A stretch of 64,000 bases of DNA from the NCBI RefSeq assembly GCF_018977255.1, contig NW_024704745.1, forward strand, positions 21,638,001 to 21,702,000, in the 5' to 3' direction. Position 1 is the first letter of the stretch, and every line of letters starts with the position of its first letter. A model generated the notes under the pieces. It was not told where the DNA came from. It worked only from the letters and a program-made list of their open reading frames with translations, and did no database searches. Of the stretch, positions 25,769 through 40,120 are shown in pieces. The position numbers and the translations under genes were made by a program. Source of the stretch: Callorhinchus milii (taxonomy: Eukaryota).

Positions 25769-27551
25769 CATTTAACATTCATATAAGGGTCTTCACAGAA
25801 GCATTTAATCTATATACCAATTCAATTTAAAATTAATCTCTATTAAATTCAGGGACAGTAAATAATGCAAAACAAGGTATGCATATCTCAAAATCAGGAG
25901 TTGGCTCAATGATTTATGGAAGCTTGAATGAAAGCTCATAATCAAGGTAAGACATTCAAAACTACACAAAGTGGAAGAACCATATAAGGTGCACAAGTAT
26001 GTATTTACGGTATCTATTTTTATTGTAATGGGAAAGAAAGGTCAGAAGGTCAAAACTTTCAAACCAGTAAACTGAAAATTTGCCAACAGGATATAGTCAG
26101 TCTGCATGTCAATTTATATTTGCAGCATCGAGAACACTTAACACCGACTTTATATGGTTCATTTTAATTATTCATATAAATATACCACACATTTTCAAGA
26201 CCAAGTAGTAATCTCACTGTGTATAGGCTTTAGATAAAAGTCTCATCACTTTAAAGTAAATGGAATACAGTACGTGCACATGAACCCACTGCATACAGAA
26301 ACATAAATGCCAACTAAAAAGTGCCTCCCTGCAAAAAGGAACTTCAAAGTTGAGTGGACTGGCTGTAAATGTTTTGCTGGGTTGACTGTATTGTTTTGCT
26401 TCTAATGACATAATTTAAGCAGGATAATTTTTTAAAAAAAAACTTACTCTTTAAAAAACTAGGAGAGCCAAACCACACACTCCACTTCCCCCCCCACCAA
26501 GTTCGCACAAGTTTTCACATAGCCGCCATGTGCTTCAGGATTGCTTGTAAGCCTTCAGCCTCATTTATTACAAAGGCACTGCTACTATTCTCTGAATTAA
26601 GTTGATCAGTCTCAGCAGAACTCAATGAGACCTAACCACGGATGTGAACTGTACAGTCAGAATCATAAGCATGAGAAAGTGTGTAAACTTTAAAAATAGT
26701 GTCAAACACACATCTTCCTATATTTAGCACTGTAAGACAGGTTCTGAAGACAAACTGCATTATAAAGCAGCACAACACTCTGCATTAACTATTCTGCAGA
26801 ATATGAATTCTCATTCGTGCCCCACATGAAATATTCGACTTTTGAGACAGAAAAGTATGTACTAACTGAAAACGCCAATCCTTAAAATTGCACTGGAAAT
26901 TGCTAAATACTGTAGGTTCATTAGAAAATGACATGCACTTTCAGAAGTGTTTATTCATGTTGGTTTCAAAGATGATATTTCAGAAATACCTCTTTAAATG
27001 TTGTTCCAACTCCCAAAACAGCACTTTTATGGCCATTCTGTCACGGCGCCGAGTACGGAGAACTGTATTTTTCATTGAGAAATCCTTATGTTGTCCGCTC
27101 CATGGACAACCCTCCATAAGACAGAATGCACCTGATCTCGAGTCAGGACATTAACATTCTTTAAGAAATTGTATTATCCATTTCACAGTAGGATCAGAAA
27201 ACACAAGCAGGCTGGAGTGTCCCGAACACACACACGCACATTGGAATGTCTGAGGGTTTTCAGTGTACAGATAAGATCACTTGTTCCTTACACAAAGGTT
27301 ATTCCACGCTCTTTCACGGCTGGATACTGGCAACTGAAAGAAAAACAAGATCCAGGCGATGACGCCACTGGGCTCTGGTCACCTGATACACTGTTACATA
27401 AACCATCAACAGAGATTAGAATCTTTGATGATGATTAGTGATTATACAGCTCAGCAAACGCAGGCCGCCCTCCTACTGAGGCATAATAACTACTGTAACT
27501 GGAGGAGGGTTTTCATGTGAATGAAATGTATTCTGTTATTGTTCAACTGGC

Positions 27552-27590
27552 GGGGGGGGGGGGGGGGGGAGAGGGGGTGGAGAGAGGGAA
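27552..27590 (+). repeat. G18 homopolymer plus purine tract
   Basis: 18 consecutive G followed by AGAGGGGGTGGAGAGAGGG. Confidence 0.9.
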
Positions 27591-30389
27591 AGAGAGGCAA
27601 GACTTATCAGCTTGGGTACATTTCTGTGTAGATCTCTATTGGTTTCCTTATTCACCAAGAGCCCACACATATAATGTATGTATATGTATGTAGCTGACAT
27701 GCATATATAGTCACAGTGATCTGGGGCTAAAATCCTGGCTGACGTCTCTGTTCTTTTATTGTCGTGAGGGCAAATGTAGCACCCCTATTATCATTCCAGC
27801 TAATATAACTTAACAGTCCAGGGATTGAACAAGGAGCGTACCTTGGTTCCGGTTCTTGCTCTGTGGTGCAGCACATGGAAACCTAGCCACTGAATAGGAG
27901 AATTCAAACAAAAATCTAAAAGGTACCTATTATGTATTTTCTAACACCACTGAAAGAAGTCAGGTAAGGGATTGCCTGCCCATTGTCTTAGCTGGACAGA
28001 GAGAAAATTAAATATTAGGTTCATGTTATAATAACTACAGAAATATTAGCTCCATGTTGCAATAACTAAATACAAACATAACAAAATACAAACACCAGAA
28101 TGTTTTCACACAGAGTTGTAAATGTGCACTTGATGTCAGAAATCTGAACAGCCTGTAAAAATATTTGTTAAATAAACTAGCACCATCTACGGACACTGAA
28201 ACGACTGAATTGCTTTCTTGCTTCATAAATTCTAGTTCAGCACCAGCCTGTACTTTCCTCTTTTGTCCCAAATCATCGAGCACCTTATGTAAAGTGACAG
28301 ATTGCACACAGACAAATTACTGCTGTCAATACAATATTATGGCACATCGGTCGGTCATCAACTGGAGACATCAAGTATCAATTATTCTACATTGAATCCC
28401 GTAAAGCAGACCACCCTTTATATAAACAGCCTTGTTTTTCCCCCCCCAATCCATTCCCAGAAAAACAAATTTTGATATGAGTCATTGTACTAAGGAAAGA
28501 ATTTGTGTTTTTCTGACAAAACCAGAAAAATACTGGGTTCAGGATGATGAAGAAACAAGATATCGCCAGAAGGGACCATTTGCGTCAATTCATACACTGT
28601 GGTTCAATGTGACTGGTTCAAGCAAACACTTAAATGGGTAACTATGACCCAACATTGTAATTTACAGTTGCACTTTGGAACATAAATACAACTGCCATTT
28701 TGAACAACCACTTTCCCACAAATACCTCTCAAAGTACAAATCCATTAAAACAGGTCTTGCACATTTTTAACTGGGCTTCAGATTTCACAACAGATTCTAA
28801 CTATATTGTATTCTACACTGAGCAAAAGGTCAAAAGAAAAAGAGGAATTATCTTCAAAAATATATTTTCCGAACTGAACAACATTTAACCAAGTAATGAA
28901 ACAAAAAGTATTTTGCACAATTAGACATTCGCCTTCACACCAACCAACTGTTCCAAGGAATGGTGTATTAAATTATAAAATCACAGCATACTTCCTCTTG
29001 GGGAGAGGAAAAGAGGAGAGAACAACAAGGAGAAACAAATCTGCCCTAAGAATCCCATACATCTTAAACTAACCATTTGTGGCCAAAGCTTCAGCCACTA
29101 TGCCTCCTATCACAATTTAATTCTCTTTGAATATTTTTGAAAATATGAAATAAATTTGAGAACAAATTCCATATATTTTACTATAGCTTTAATCAAAACA
29201 GCAACATTGGGGAACAAAGGCTGCAATGAAATCAAGGAAGCATCTGTTCTAGCAAGGGATCCATTTCAGCTGACCTGCCCAATCCAAACTTGATGGTTTG
29301 CCTTTTCCCCTCCTGCCATTAATGTTGGCATTCTCACACAGAAAAAAAAAGGTACTACTGAAATTATCCCTTTATGAGCAATGTCAGCAAAGATCAGAAT
29401 TCTTAAACCAACCTGTATGGGAAGGAAGCCAATCAAGGAAGTTGTCAACAGTGCACAATCCAGTTGAATTAAAATTTGAGTTTAAAAAGTCCACACTCAG
29501 CTTTCTGATAGCCTCATTGTGTTTTCGCAAGCTTTACTGACCAGCTGAAAGTTTTGTTGCAATAAACTATAAATATCATTGAAAAAAGTGAAGAATTGCA
29601 GATGTAGTAATTCCATTGGAGATCAAAAAGCCATCCTTCGGCACTTGGCTTCTTTCTTTCCTCCTACATTTTCTGCATTTCCTCATTACTTTGATGAGAT
29701 TGTTCCCATTGTAAAACACAGTAAACCTTCATGATTAGTAAAACAGAAAAGTCAGTGTTTGGGAAATTGTTGCATTCAATGTGTCTTATTCATTTGACTT
29801 ATTTAAACATTATAATGAAACAATCCATTTGGCAAATGCTCAGAATCTCAAAAAGACTCACTGCAGCTAATATATAGACATTTTATTTCTCTCTCGGTCA
29901 GCTGGGTATCTGACACATACAGAAACCTACTGCTATGCTGAAGAGCATCCCAATCAGATAGAGTACCACATATGGATGATACCTATACATTAAAATCTCC
30001 CCCTCTCTGGAATGAAGTGCACATTTTTCCATTGAAAGATGCACCCTGTTTACCGAATTTCAGGTTGTATTAGATGCAGGTTGGTAACAGCCAAGGCTTG
30101 GGGTTCCCAGAATGTGCTGGAGTTAAATTAGTTAAAATTCTAAAATCACATACTTTTGGAAAGCTTCCAACTACTTGTCCACCTAAAATCACTACATCCA
30201 TTTGAGTTTTGGCTTGCAAGAACAACAAGAGCCCCAAGTATGGAAGAATCCTTGCACCCCATCCCCCACCTGCATCCACCCCTCACTATCATGCCCTCCA
30301 AGTCCTGCCAATGAGCCAGGCTAGCTGTTCTGTCATTAACAGTGTCTTGGAGTAATGTGGACCCACTTGGCTCAGGAAATTATTACTAG

Positions 30390-30545
30390 CTTTTAAAAGG
30401 GGATTACACAAACATCTGAAAAGGAAACATATAAAAAGGGTGTGGGGGAAAAGGTAGGGAAGTGGGACTAAAAGCTTTTATAGAGAGCTGGCAAACACAA
30501 ATCATCCGAACAGTATTCTTTTGTGCTGAAAACATTCTATAATTC
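30390..30545 (+). mobile_element. CR1-type 3' end
   Basis: TTTAAAAGGGGATTA…GGGAAGTGGGACTA…AGAGCTGGCA…TGTGCTG…TTCTAT, as in chondrichthyan CR1 tails. Confidence 0.65.
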
Positions 30546-30644
30546 CAAGCACTACCCTTTGCTTAAAGGTGTCCCTGCCATATTTTCTCAGACTGTTGTG
30601 AACATTTTTTAAAATTAAAGCCTTCAGAAACCTTTTTTTTTTAA

Positions 30645-30942
30645 CAGGGCGAAATGTTGGGCAAGTTTCCTTACTTCATACACCTCTGTTTACCTAGCGG
30701 TAAGTAGGAACCTGGTTAGTCAATTGGAGGATCACTTTTCCGGGAGTAATAATCCCTCAAAAAAAAATTAATAACGTGGCCACTCAATCCATGACTGTTT
30801 GTGGGACATTGCTGTGCGCAATTGGCTGCCGAATTTTACCCACAAAATATACAGTCAATTCACTATACAGTATATTCTGTGAAGCGCGTTGAAACATCAA
30901 AGACATGATAAGGCACTAAATCAAATGCAAGGATTATTATTA
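30645..30942 (+). mobile_element. SINE long subfamily lacking most of the tRNA head
   Basis: CAGGGCGAAA…GGGCAAGTTTCCTTAC…GTAAGTAGGAACC…tail. Confidence 0.88.
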
Positions 30943-31919
30943 TCTTTTATAAAGAATTGTGCCCTTTTCAGATAATACATGACTTTTCAACTGGAATTCC
31001 CTTTAGAGGATCGAACGACACATTACTTAATCATTTATATATTATCACATAGTCTCTGGGATAGCACCATCTTTTGGAAAATGATACCAGGAAATATTTA
31101 TTTACCCTGAGGGACATCTGTAGCAACTCAACAACCTGAAATGCAGCCATTTAATAGTGAGCACGAAGATGGTTGGGTGTTTTGAAGTGAGGCAACAGGA
31201 TTTTTAAATGAGCTGGCTTTCTGCATGCACTTTGGATTTTTTGATAAGTAAATGTCGGGATCTAAACTCCTACAAGCAAACCCAAATGAAGTAATAGAAC
31301 AATTTATAACACTTTACTCTAAGAGCCAGTGGAGACTTGATGGGCTGAATGGCATCCTTAAGTGTTGTAAATTTCTATGGTAATACACTTTCACTGTACT
31401 TCATCCCCCAACCTCTGAATAATGATTTTGCCCAAACCCAGCTGAAAATATTCTACATCACTATTCCCCTCCCTTCCCACCCAATGTAGCAAAGCAGCAG
31501 CTTTAGAAGCCAGACCAGGCTTTAGTTGAGTTTTACAAGCTATTAAATTACATTATGTAAAGTAGCATTGAAAGGACCCAATTTCAGCTCAAAAAACAAC
31601 CATGACGACCTCCATCCCACTGCCAATCACACAAATGACCCCAAATACAAATACACAGGCTAATGCCTTAACCCAGTCTACCAGGCCAAGCCAACAATAT
31701 AGACGAAAAACCTCATTACAAAAAATCTAGAATATCAACCCTCCAAAACGCAGCATTGGTACTAACTTTAAATCAATAACGATGCAGCCACCATTTTAAT
31801 ATAATATTTTGCACTGCATCAACATCTGTAATCAAGTGCATAACCGCACTTGATCTGAACCAAAAGACCAAGAAGCAATTTATCAACATAATCCACTTAA
31901 AATTTTAAATTTTAGAAAG

Positions 31920-32290
31920 TAGGCCCCTCCCTTGCCTCCTTCAAGGCCTGTTTCCAGATCTTCCTCTTCAACTGCGCCTTCAGTCACCCTCCTAGGCCTA
32001 CCCTGGACAGTGAAGGATTTGCACCCGAGCCGAGGGTTCGAATCAAGAGGGGTGGAGGGTAAGGGGGGGTGGGAGTGGCAAGATGATCAAAGGCACGGTC
32101 AAAGAGGAAGGTCTTGAGATGGGCCTTGAGAAGGCATGGGAGGAGATGAGACGTAGGGATTCTGGGATGGAGTTCTGAAGGCCCAAACTCCAATGGTAGA
32201 GCGGGCAAGATGGGAGGTGTGTGGAGCAAGCAAGTGACCACCGAGAGGAGAGGTTGATAAAGGTGTAAGGTACGATTCCTAGCATAAAAT
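31920..32290. mobile_element. Two short L2 3' fragments in opposite orientation
   Basis: GCCTCCTTCAAGGCC (+) then GGCACGGTCAAAGAGGAAGGTCTTGAG (-). Confidence 0.75.
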
Positions 32291-34342
32291 GAGAAGCTTC
32301 CACATGCTGTTTGTGGATTAGATTCTATATCTGGCCCCTCAAAAATAAAGATTATTTCTTAATTGCCTGGTCCATTGAAAATTTTGATCTCTAGGATTAT
32401 AGTTAAAGGTCCAGTGGTTCCCATTTAATATCAAATCCTCTGGCTATTATTAACATTCTTGGTTTCCTCATACAAAAAAATGCTTTTCTTAACCAGGTCA
32501 TTTGTTACTGCACAAACAGAGTTATAATTTAGCATCAGCCATAAATTATTACCAGATACTGTAAAGAAGTTACAATTCCCCGTTTGTCTCCTCATCCAAA
32601 GTTCACAGTACACTCTCGCACTCTATAATTAAATAACATTTCAAAAGATTAAAAAAAAGCTTTTCTTGTGATATGAATGAACTTTGATTATATGGCCCAG
32701 TAATGCAAGCTTCATAACAGGACTTCTCCATTTTCTGGCATTAATAATCTATCATCAGGAATTTATAGAGTATACTGATGGACTGTATTATGGTTTGCTG
32801 CTTCGGAGTGAGTGAGTCAGCAAATTTAAGGATCAGCCAATTGTTTGTACTCATTTACACACCTGTACATTGGACATGCCAAAACGTGACACTGATAAGA
32901 CAAAAGACATACACATTTCCCTTTTAAAAAGGCTTTTGAAACTGCAGGAATTGAAACAAGAGTTGTGAAGAAAACAAGGTATCATGAAAAGGCCTTTTCT
33001 CCTCCTTCCCCGTCTTCAGATCACACCCAAAGACGTTCCTCTTCAATCTTGCTTACAGTCAGTTTCCACCTCTCCCAGCTTGGCATCAAGTTCCGTTACT
33101 ATTAAGCTCTCTGAGACACCTCCTGCGCATGAATGGCATTATATAAATGCAAGTTGTTGATGAAGCCTAGTAGCGTCAGAAATTTTGCTCAAAATTTGTC
33201 ATTAATAGAATTATAGGTCTCATTCAAAAAATTCCTTGCACAAACCTCAACACAGGTATAAATAAGGTAGTCACTGGAGGCAAATAAAATCAAATTCTGT
33301 ACAGGATATTATACAGATGTATTCTACATTAGACTCTGTTATAATGCTCTTGATTATTACAGATTCGCTGATGGAGAGTAAATCTTAACATACCAAAAAC
33401 TCCAAAGTCCAAACAGATCAATGGCCAACACTCCTCATAAACCTCGGTCGATTCTTGATTTGCTTCCATGAATGGTAACCTGATGACTTGGAAATTGGCC
33501 ATTTTATAGCACAAAAGTCAACTGGCTTTCTGTATGCATGTATATTGAACGCAGGACTCTGACGAGTGATGACTCCCTACTTGGGATTTTATGGATCCCA
33601 ACTACTACGTTACAATGGGGATCCACTGTATTTGCTTACTTAGCATTATTTATAATACAATTGTGAACATTAAACTTATGCAGCGTTTGACCAAAAAGTC
33701 AAGCTTTTCATTTCCCCATCGTAAATACAAGTATCTGTATTTTATGATCCAGAATTTTTGTAAATACCTCACAAGGATCGAATCTGCAGGATTTAATTAT
33801 GGAATTTCTTACTAATGAATCCAAGCCACTCAAATGGGGATAGAGAAGAACCATCATGCTGATACTGCAGAAACTTCATGTTTCATGCTGACACAATCAA
33901 ATGCAAGGGTTATTATTTACTTCTGGCCCGTAGCTCCCAGAAGGAATTCTAACATATCCTTATAAGAAACATTGCAACATTAGACTGCATTGTATACAGT
34001 ACATAATACTAAAAAATATTAATTTATAAGGTTACCTGTTTCCCTAAATTATAAGTTGCTAGTCCCCTGACACAAAACCTCTCAAACATCCTTGATACAT
34101 AGCAACATTAATTTCCCTTGACTTTACAGAACAGTGGTTTTACTCTCAATTTGACTATTGGAAGCTGGAGATTACCAACCTGGAGATGTCAAATATTTAC
34201 CGTATTAAGGCAATTGAAATCAAATTCTCATCTTATCTGTGTCTTCCAATCTGAATAAGGGCTTCCAGTCACCTTGTGAACGTAAGGTGGTTTCTTATAA
34301 ACGCAATTAGCAATGTTTAGTGCACATTATCGCAAGGTGTTA

Positions 34343-34710
34343 GCCAGCCTGCATCAGCTGGTAGCACTTTCACTTATGAGTCAGAAGGTTGTGGGTTCAA
34401 GCCCAGATTTGGACCTTTGAGCTCATACTCTCAGCTGGCAGTCTAACACAGTGTTGGGGGAGTGTTGTATCGTTGGAGTTGTTGAACTGAGATCTCGTCT
34501 GTTGTTTAGGTGGATATTAAAGACATGTCTCTATTCGAGAAGAGAACGGAGTTCCTCCTCATGGCCTTACCAAAAATCTTTAGTCATTCACCTCACATAT
34601 TTTTAAGGACATTGCCATACTAGTAATTGCCATCTCATGGCTTTTTGTAGATTCATGCTGGTGCAAATGATTGCCATATTGCTTAGCAAAATGCAAATTT
34701 TATTTCTTCT
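34343..34710 (+). mobile_element. Old SacSINE1-like Deu-SINE, near full length
   Basis: GGTAGCACT…GAGTCAGAAGGTTGTGGGTTCAAG head followed by a degraded Deu domain (GGTGGATATTAAAG…GAAGAGAACGGAGTTC). Confidence 0.75.
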
Positions 34711-35398
34711 TCTGCAGCAAGTATTTCAACAGAAAAACAAATGAGGTAGAAAAAAATTAATTACTCCTCATGAGGATTCTGCCAGAGAACACAATATACT
34801 GTGCTCTACTGATTTAATTTATGGAGAATTCCTGAGCGAATTTCGATGCTTTCTCCAAGAATTCATTTAAAATTGTGCTAGGGCTCTGTTTTGAATAATC
34901 CAAGCTTCATGTCATTCAATGGAATCAGATTTTCAAAGCTCCTGTACAGCATTGGTATGCCAGTAAAACCATCCTCAGATTCAGTGTGTTATTCTCCAAG
35001 CAAACTGTTAAATCAGCTTTACAATCATACTCCTACTGTTACCTAGTATTTTATTCAATCCTGTCAGTAGCTCCACTCTCAACCTACTAATATCAGCAAC
35101 CAACCCCTCTTGAAGAAGATAATCTGTTGCATTCCAGATGCATGCCACACAATTACCATCAATTCAAAGTCAGGCCTCTCAGTGGGCAGGAGCAATGCTT
35201 GGAATGTATGGGTGACTCTATGACACCTCAATCTTTATTTTGTCTCCTCACTCCCCCCAAGAAAAATGGTTAAGATCAACAGTCACCATATGAACTGACA
35301 TCGTGAATTCCTAAGGTTTAGATATTCAGTTTCTTTCAGGACTTCCTGAAATCACATTAAACCTAAAGTAAAGGAATTGGGCCACTGAAATTCATAGG

Positions 35399-36880
35399 AT
35401 AATAATAATAATCCTTGCATTTGAAATAGTGCCTTACCACTTCACAGAATACGCTGTAAAGTGTAGTGACTATTTATTTTGTGGGCCAAACATGACAGCC
35501 AATTGCACACAGCAGTGTCCCACAAACAGTCATGGATTGAGTGACCAATTCATTGNTTTTTTAAGGAATTATTACCCTTGGAAAAGTGATCCATTAATGA
35601 AGCGGGGAAGAAGCTTAAGTTGTTAATAGACACACAGAAGCAAAAAACGGATAAGGGCAGTTTAGTGGAGGGCTTTTTCAAGCCTCATTTAAATTTTTAA
35701 CTGAGCCACTATCAGCAGCGAATTTCTACATTTCTACCAAGTGTTACACTAAGATTAAAATAGTAATATAAACCAGGGCAAATATGGCAGAATTGCCTTT
35801 AAAAATGCAAACAGCTACAATGTAAATTAGATTCATGTAATATCAAAGTAAAGTAATTTTTAATACAATACAGAAGTATGCACAAATGTTACATTTAGAG
35901 TTGCCAGTTTTCAATCTTTTTCTGATTTTTAGCAATATTTTTGACCACAAAAATGGTTGACTTATGTGTCATAGGGTGGCTATGGATGTCATTTCCTGCA
36001 CATCATGGATTCCTGTAGCTCAGTGGTTAGAACACTTGCCTCGTAAGCGAGAGACCTGGATTCAATTCCCAGCAGGGTACACAGTTGGGTAAGATTCCTT
36101 ACTCCACACACCTCTGTTTACCTACAGTAAGTAGGAACCAGGTTGCTAGTCAATTGGCGGATCGCTTTTCCAGGGATGTGCGCAATTGGCTGCTGTGCTT
36201 TGCCCACAAAATATTCAGTCAATTCACCTTACAGTAAATTCTGTGAAGCGCTTGAGACTCTCGAAGACATGATAAAGCACTATATCAAATGCAAGTTATT
36301 ATTACTGTAGAGAGCAATAATCTTACAATCGAGAAGTTGGTCATTTTTATGAAAAACTATTAAAAAAATTAACAATAGAAATTCATTTTCCTTCATTTGG
36401 AAAGAATTAGAAAAAGTGCCAAATCATCATTTCTTTCAAGTATTTGGTAACTCACAGTAAATAGGCACTGCCTGATGATAAAGTAATGATAAAAGAAAGT
36501 TTTATACAAAAAAAAGTGTATGCCTTCAGGTAGAAATGTAGGCAGAAAGCTGATTTAGCATTGCATTTACATTTCCTTAACATGGTTAGATTTAATCTGG
36601 TATTATAAATTTTCAAAATTTTTACCCTCATTTTTTTAGCAATAATAATCCTTGCATTCGATAGACTTCTCAAAGCGCTTCACAGAATATACTGTAAAGT
36701 GAATTGACTGTTTATTTTGTGAGCGAAACGCAGCAGCCAAATGTGCACAGCAGTGTCCCACACACAGTTTTGGATTGAGTGACCAAATTATTATTGTTTT
36801 TTCTTCTTGAGGGATTATTATCAGGCGCGTGGAGTAAGGAAACTTGCCCAATGTTTCGCCCTGCTGGGAATTGAACCCAG
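35399..36880. mobile_element. Cluster of three SINE copies: 35399-35593 (-), 36006-36305 (+), 36640-36880 (-)
   Basis: Family head, body and tail motifs in alternating orientation; coordinates give the cluster span. Confidence 0.85.
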
Positions 36881-38089
36881 CCTTTAAGGTTTGCCTCTCT
36901 GAAAATGCGTAATATTGTGAACTCCAACTAATAACTAAAGCGCGTACAACAGAGAGCCAAATGTTGTAGTGTTCTATGGAATAATGGCTCTGACAAAGAG
37001 AGGATGCAATAAGGAGGTAGGGCTTCAAGATCTTTGTCCCTGAAATGAGAGAAACTGAGACAGAAACATTCCCTAACCTCTGGAACTCCCTCTATCCCGC
37101 TGCCTCATCCCCTCTCAAGTTACTTATGAAATGCCATCTCAGAGTAGCCTTTCCCGTTTGGCTGTTGGCAACAACCTAGCAGCTTTCACATTCAACAAAA
37201 AAAATGAAGATCCAAAGAAAAATCCAATTCCATACAGCACCTATGTACAAAGCAGGAAGAAAAAAATGTAGGCCAGGTTTAAATTTTGAAGAGGCCAAGT
37301 TAAAGAATACCCTTTGTACACAGAGAAGTGGAATCGAATGCCACGTAGCGCAGCAAATATTGATGCAATGGAACATTTAATGGGGAATATAATCTTGATT
37401 CATTAAAAAATGGAAGCTTGAGAGTTATTGAATTTTAGTATTCAATTTATATTGTTTTTGTAAAAGATAGTTTTATGTGATTAAAGGCCAAAATGTTCCC
37501 AATTATATAAGCTACTTCTCCCAAGTGTAACTGGGTACTATCTTGATAATCTTTCGGAGATATTAAAATTCATGGGCCATTTTGGGACAGTTGTCAGTAC
37601 CTTTGAAAATGAGCCACGGTGAGCTTATTCCTAATTTAATACAAAAGCAAGAAAATAGAATGTTAAATATTTTGGTTAGCCCAGAAAATCAAAACAAATT
37701 CTGCTTCAATTCCAAGCAACACCCTACATTATTACAGCTGTGACATGTCAAAACAGGTCAGCAGTAATCAGAGAAGGTACACACATTATTAAACTGTAAT
37801 TATATGTTGTATCAGACCAGAATGTGCGAACGTCCTGTGAAGCAGCATTTGTCAGAACATTTGTAAGAAACTACAAGAACAAATTATACATAAACCCCAA
37901 ATAGCAAAAAAAAGCTTATTTAAAGACACCTGTTTAGCAAGCCAGCTAAAATTGCTGATAGTTTTCACTCACTTACTGGGGCCACTAACCAAAAAAAGAC
38001 TAAGGGTCCCCCCAAGACATTCTTAGGATTTATGTGAGGGAGAAGGGAATGCAAACATGAGAACAAAGTGAATAGAGGTGTATAGAAAG

Positions 38090-38247
38090 AGACTAGGGAG
38101 GGATGATTAAGATTGGTGGAGGCTCATGTAGAGTAAGAATATGTCCCTAACCTCTGGAACTCCCTCTACCCCACTGCCTCAACCCCTCTGAAGTTATTTA
38201 TGAACAGTTGGGCCGAATGTCATGTTTCAATGCTGTAGATTCTATAA
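38090..38247 (+). mobile_element. CR1-type tail carrying a 61-bp foreign insert
   Basis: GGAGGCTCATGTAGAG…[insert 38144-38204]…CAGTTGGGCCGAATG…TGCTGTAGATTCTAT. Confidence 0.65.
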
Positions 38248-39899
38248 TGAAATAGTGATTTTCACTGTTTGAATATTTAAGAACCTTCAAGTGTCAAGTA
38301 TGTTTAATACTTGCAGTATATAAAACCTTAAGTTCAAAAGGGAATCTAACCCTCCTGAAATCCCTAACGCTTGTTACAATCATTAGGAATGCACCTGGGA
38401 ACTGATTTTAATGAGGCATACAAGCTTCACATTTTAAGACATTTCGCATTTATTCGGCCTGATGTAGGAATACACCTAAGGCTTGTAGAAGTATTTCCAC
38501 TCACATATTTCCTTGTTCCAACACACACAAACATACAAACTTATGTGAGAGAGAATGACCAGATTAACCAATCCTAGATCCATCAGCCAATGGTACCATC
38601 TGAATGGCTGAGAAATAAAATTTGCCCAAGTCAATTTTAATCAATGCTCCAATATGCTGCACAAAAGGCCCTGCATAAATGCAAGTCGGTTTTGTTTAAT
38701 CTTCCACTCCTCAGTAAATGTTTGACATTATCCCCTGATAAGCCTGCCAATAATTGGAATCTGGGACATACAATCAAGATTCATGTTCTCCTACCCATCA
38801 CTCATTGATGCAACACAAAGCAAAATGCCTAACCTGAAACAGAGAAAAGGAAAGATGATATAACTCAACCCAAACTGATCTCATGTAGATACTGTATGAG
38901 CAGGATTGGCAAACACCAAGAAAAAGTTTGATTGCCTGTTGCCTAAATTGGCAGAAAACCTAAGAGGGAGAAGTCGTCTTGCAGATTGACTGAAAAGCAA
39001 TCTGATGTTTCTCACAGCCAAGAAAATTATTTCAGCGTTATACATGACCTTGCAAAATTCCTACTCATTCCCAAATTATGGACAAATACTGATACTGCTA
39101 GTCTTGGTTAAATTCAGTATCGACTTTGAAGTCAGTTTCTGTAAGTTTTTTTTAAGTTCAGAAAACTTGCTTCAAAATTAACTCTGCATTTAAGAATTTG
39201 ACACTAAAATGCAATAATAAAAAAATGTAGACCCAGATTTTATTTTAACTGGATTTTGAACCAATAGCTCAGGTAGAAATCAGGGAGAACTGCACTCCCC
39301 CAATGTATGTTCTCCTTTGAGAAGTAAAACTGCTGCAAAATAGTCTCAAAAGCAAATTTGTCATGGCTAATGCATTTCTGAAGTTTATTATTGCAAATAA
39401 AGAACAGAGAGAAGTGGTTAGCACTCAGACAGCTGTCCAGTCAATCTGTTAGTGATGATTTGTTCACACAGACATAACTGTTTGCACTAGTGATCTGTCT
39501 CAGCTCAATAGGCATATTATTTTGATAGACATATTTCAAAAGTTTCCAACACCCTCCTATTATCTGGTGCCCTCGAGCAGTTTCGTTTCTTTGTTATATA
39601 ACAGAACCGTTTAACTGCTAAGAACATTACTTGAATGTCTGGTCACGCAAACAGCCAGATTACAAAAATCATACGATTCTATGATTCTAAATAGACCATT
39701 TGAAAATCTAATTTTAAACAGAGACATTACTAATAAATAGATTCATTCCAAAGCATCTCACTGCCGGCATATTATTTATATAATAAAGCCAATCATTCAG
39801 TTTTGTCACTTACTGTGATGAAGCACTGAGCAGTTAAGATCCGAGTTGAGGAGCACAGTCAAATCAACAGCTTTTGCACTTCTGTTTATTTTTCATTAA

Positions 39900-40120
39900 A
39901 TGTGTTTGTAGACACTAAGGGCCACAAACAGCCATGGGCGAATGACTAATTAATGTGGAGGATTATTAAGACACAAGGAGAAACTCCCTCATCTTTTAGT
40001 GCCATGGAATCTTTAACATCCACCTGAATAAGCAGATGGTATCTTGGTTTAATATCTCACTTCCACAACAGTCTAATCCAGGAGCAAGCGTGCTACCGAC
40101 TGAGACAAGGTTACATCTAA
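39900..40120 (-). mobile_element. Old SacSINE1-like fragment
   Basis: AGTGCCATGGAATCTTTAACATCCACCTGA is the reverse complement of the Deu core. Confidence 0.7.

Noticed and set aside
771-33500. Other CTGATGA motifs as hammerheads (~771, 17567, 25398, 33480)
   Set aside because: No credible stem II followed by GAAA and stem III.
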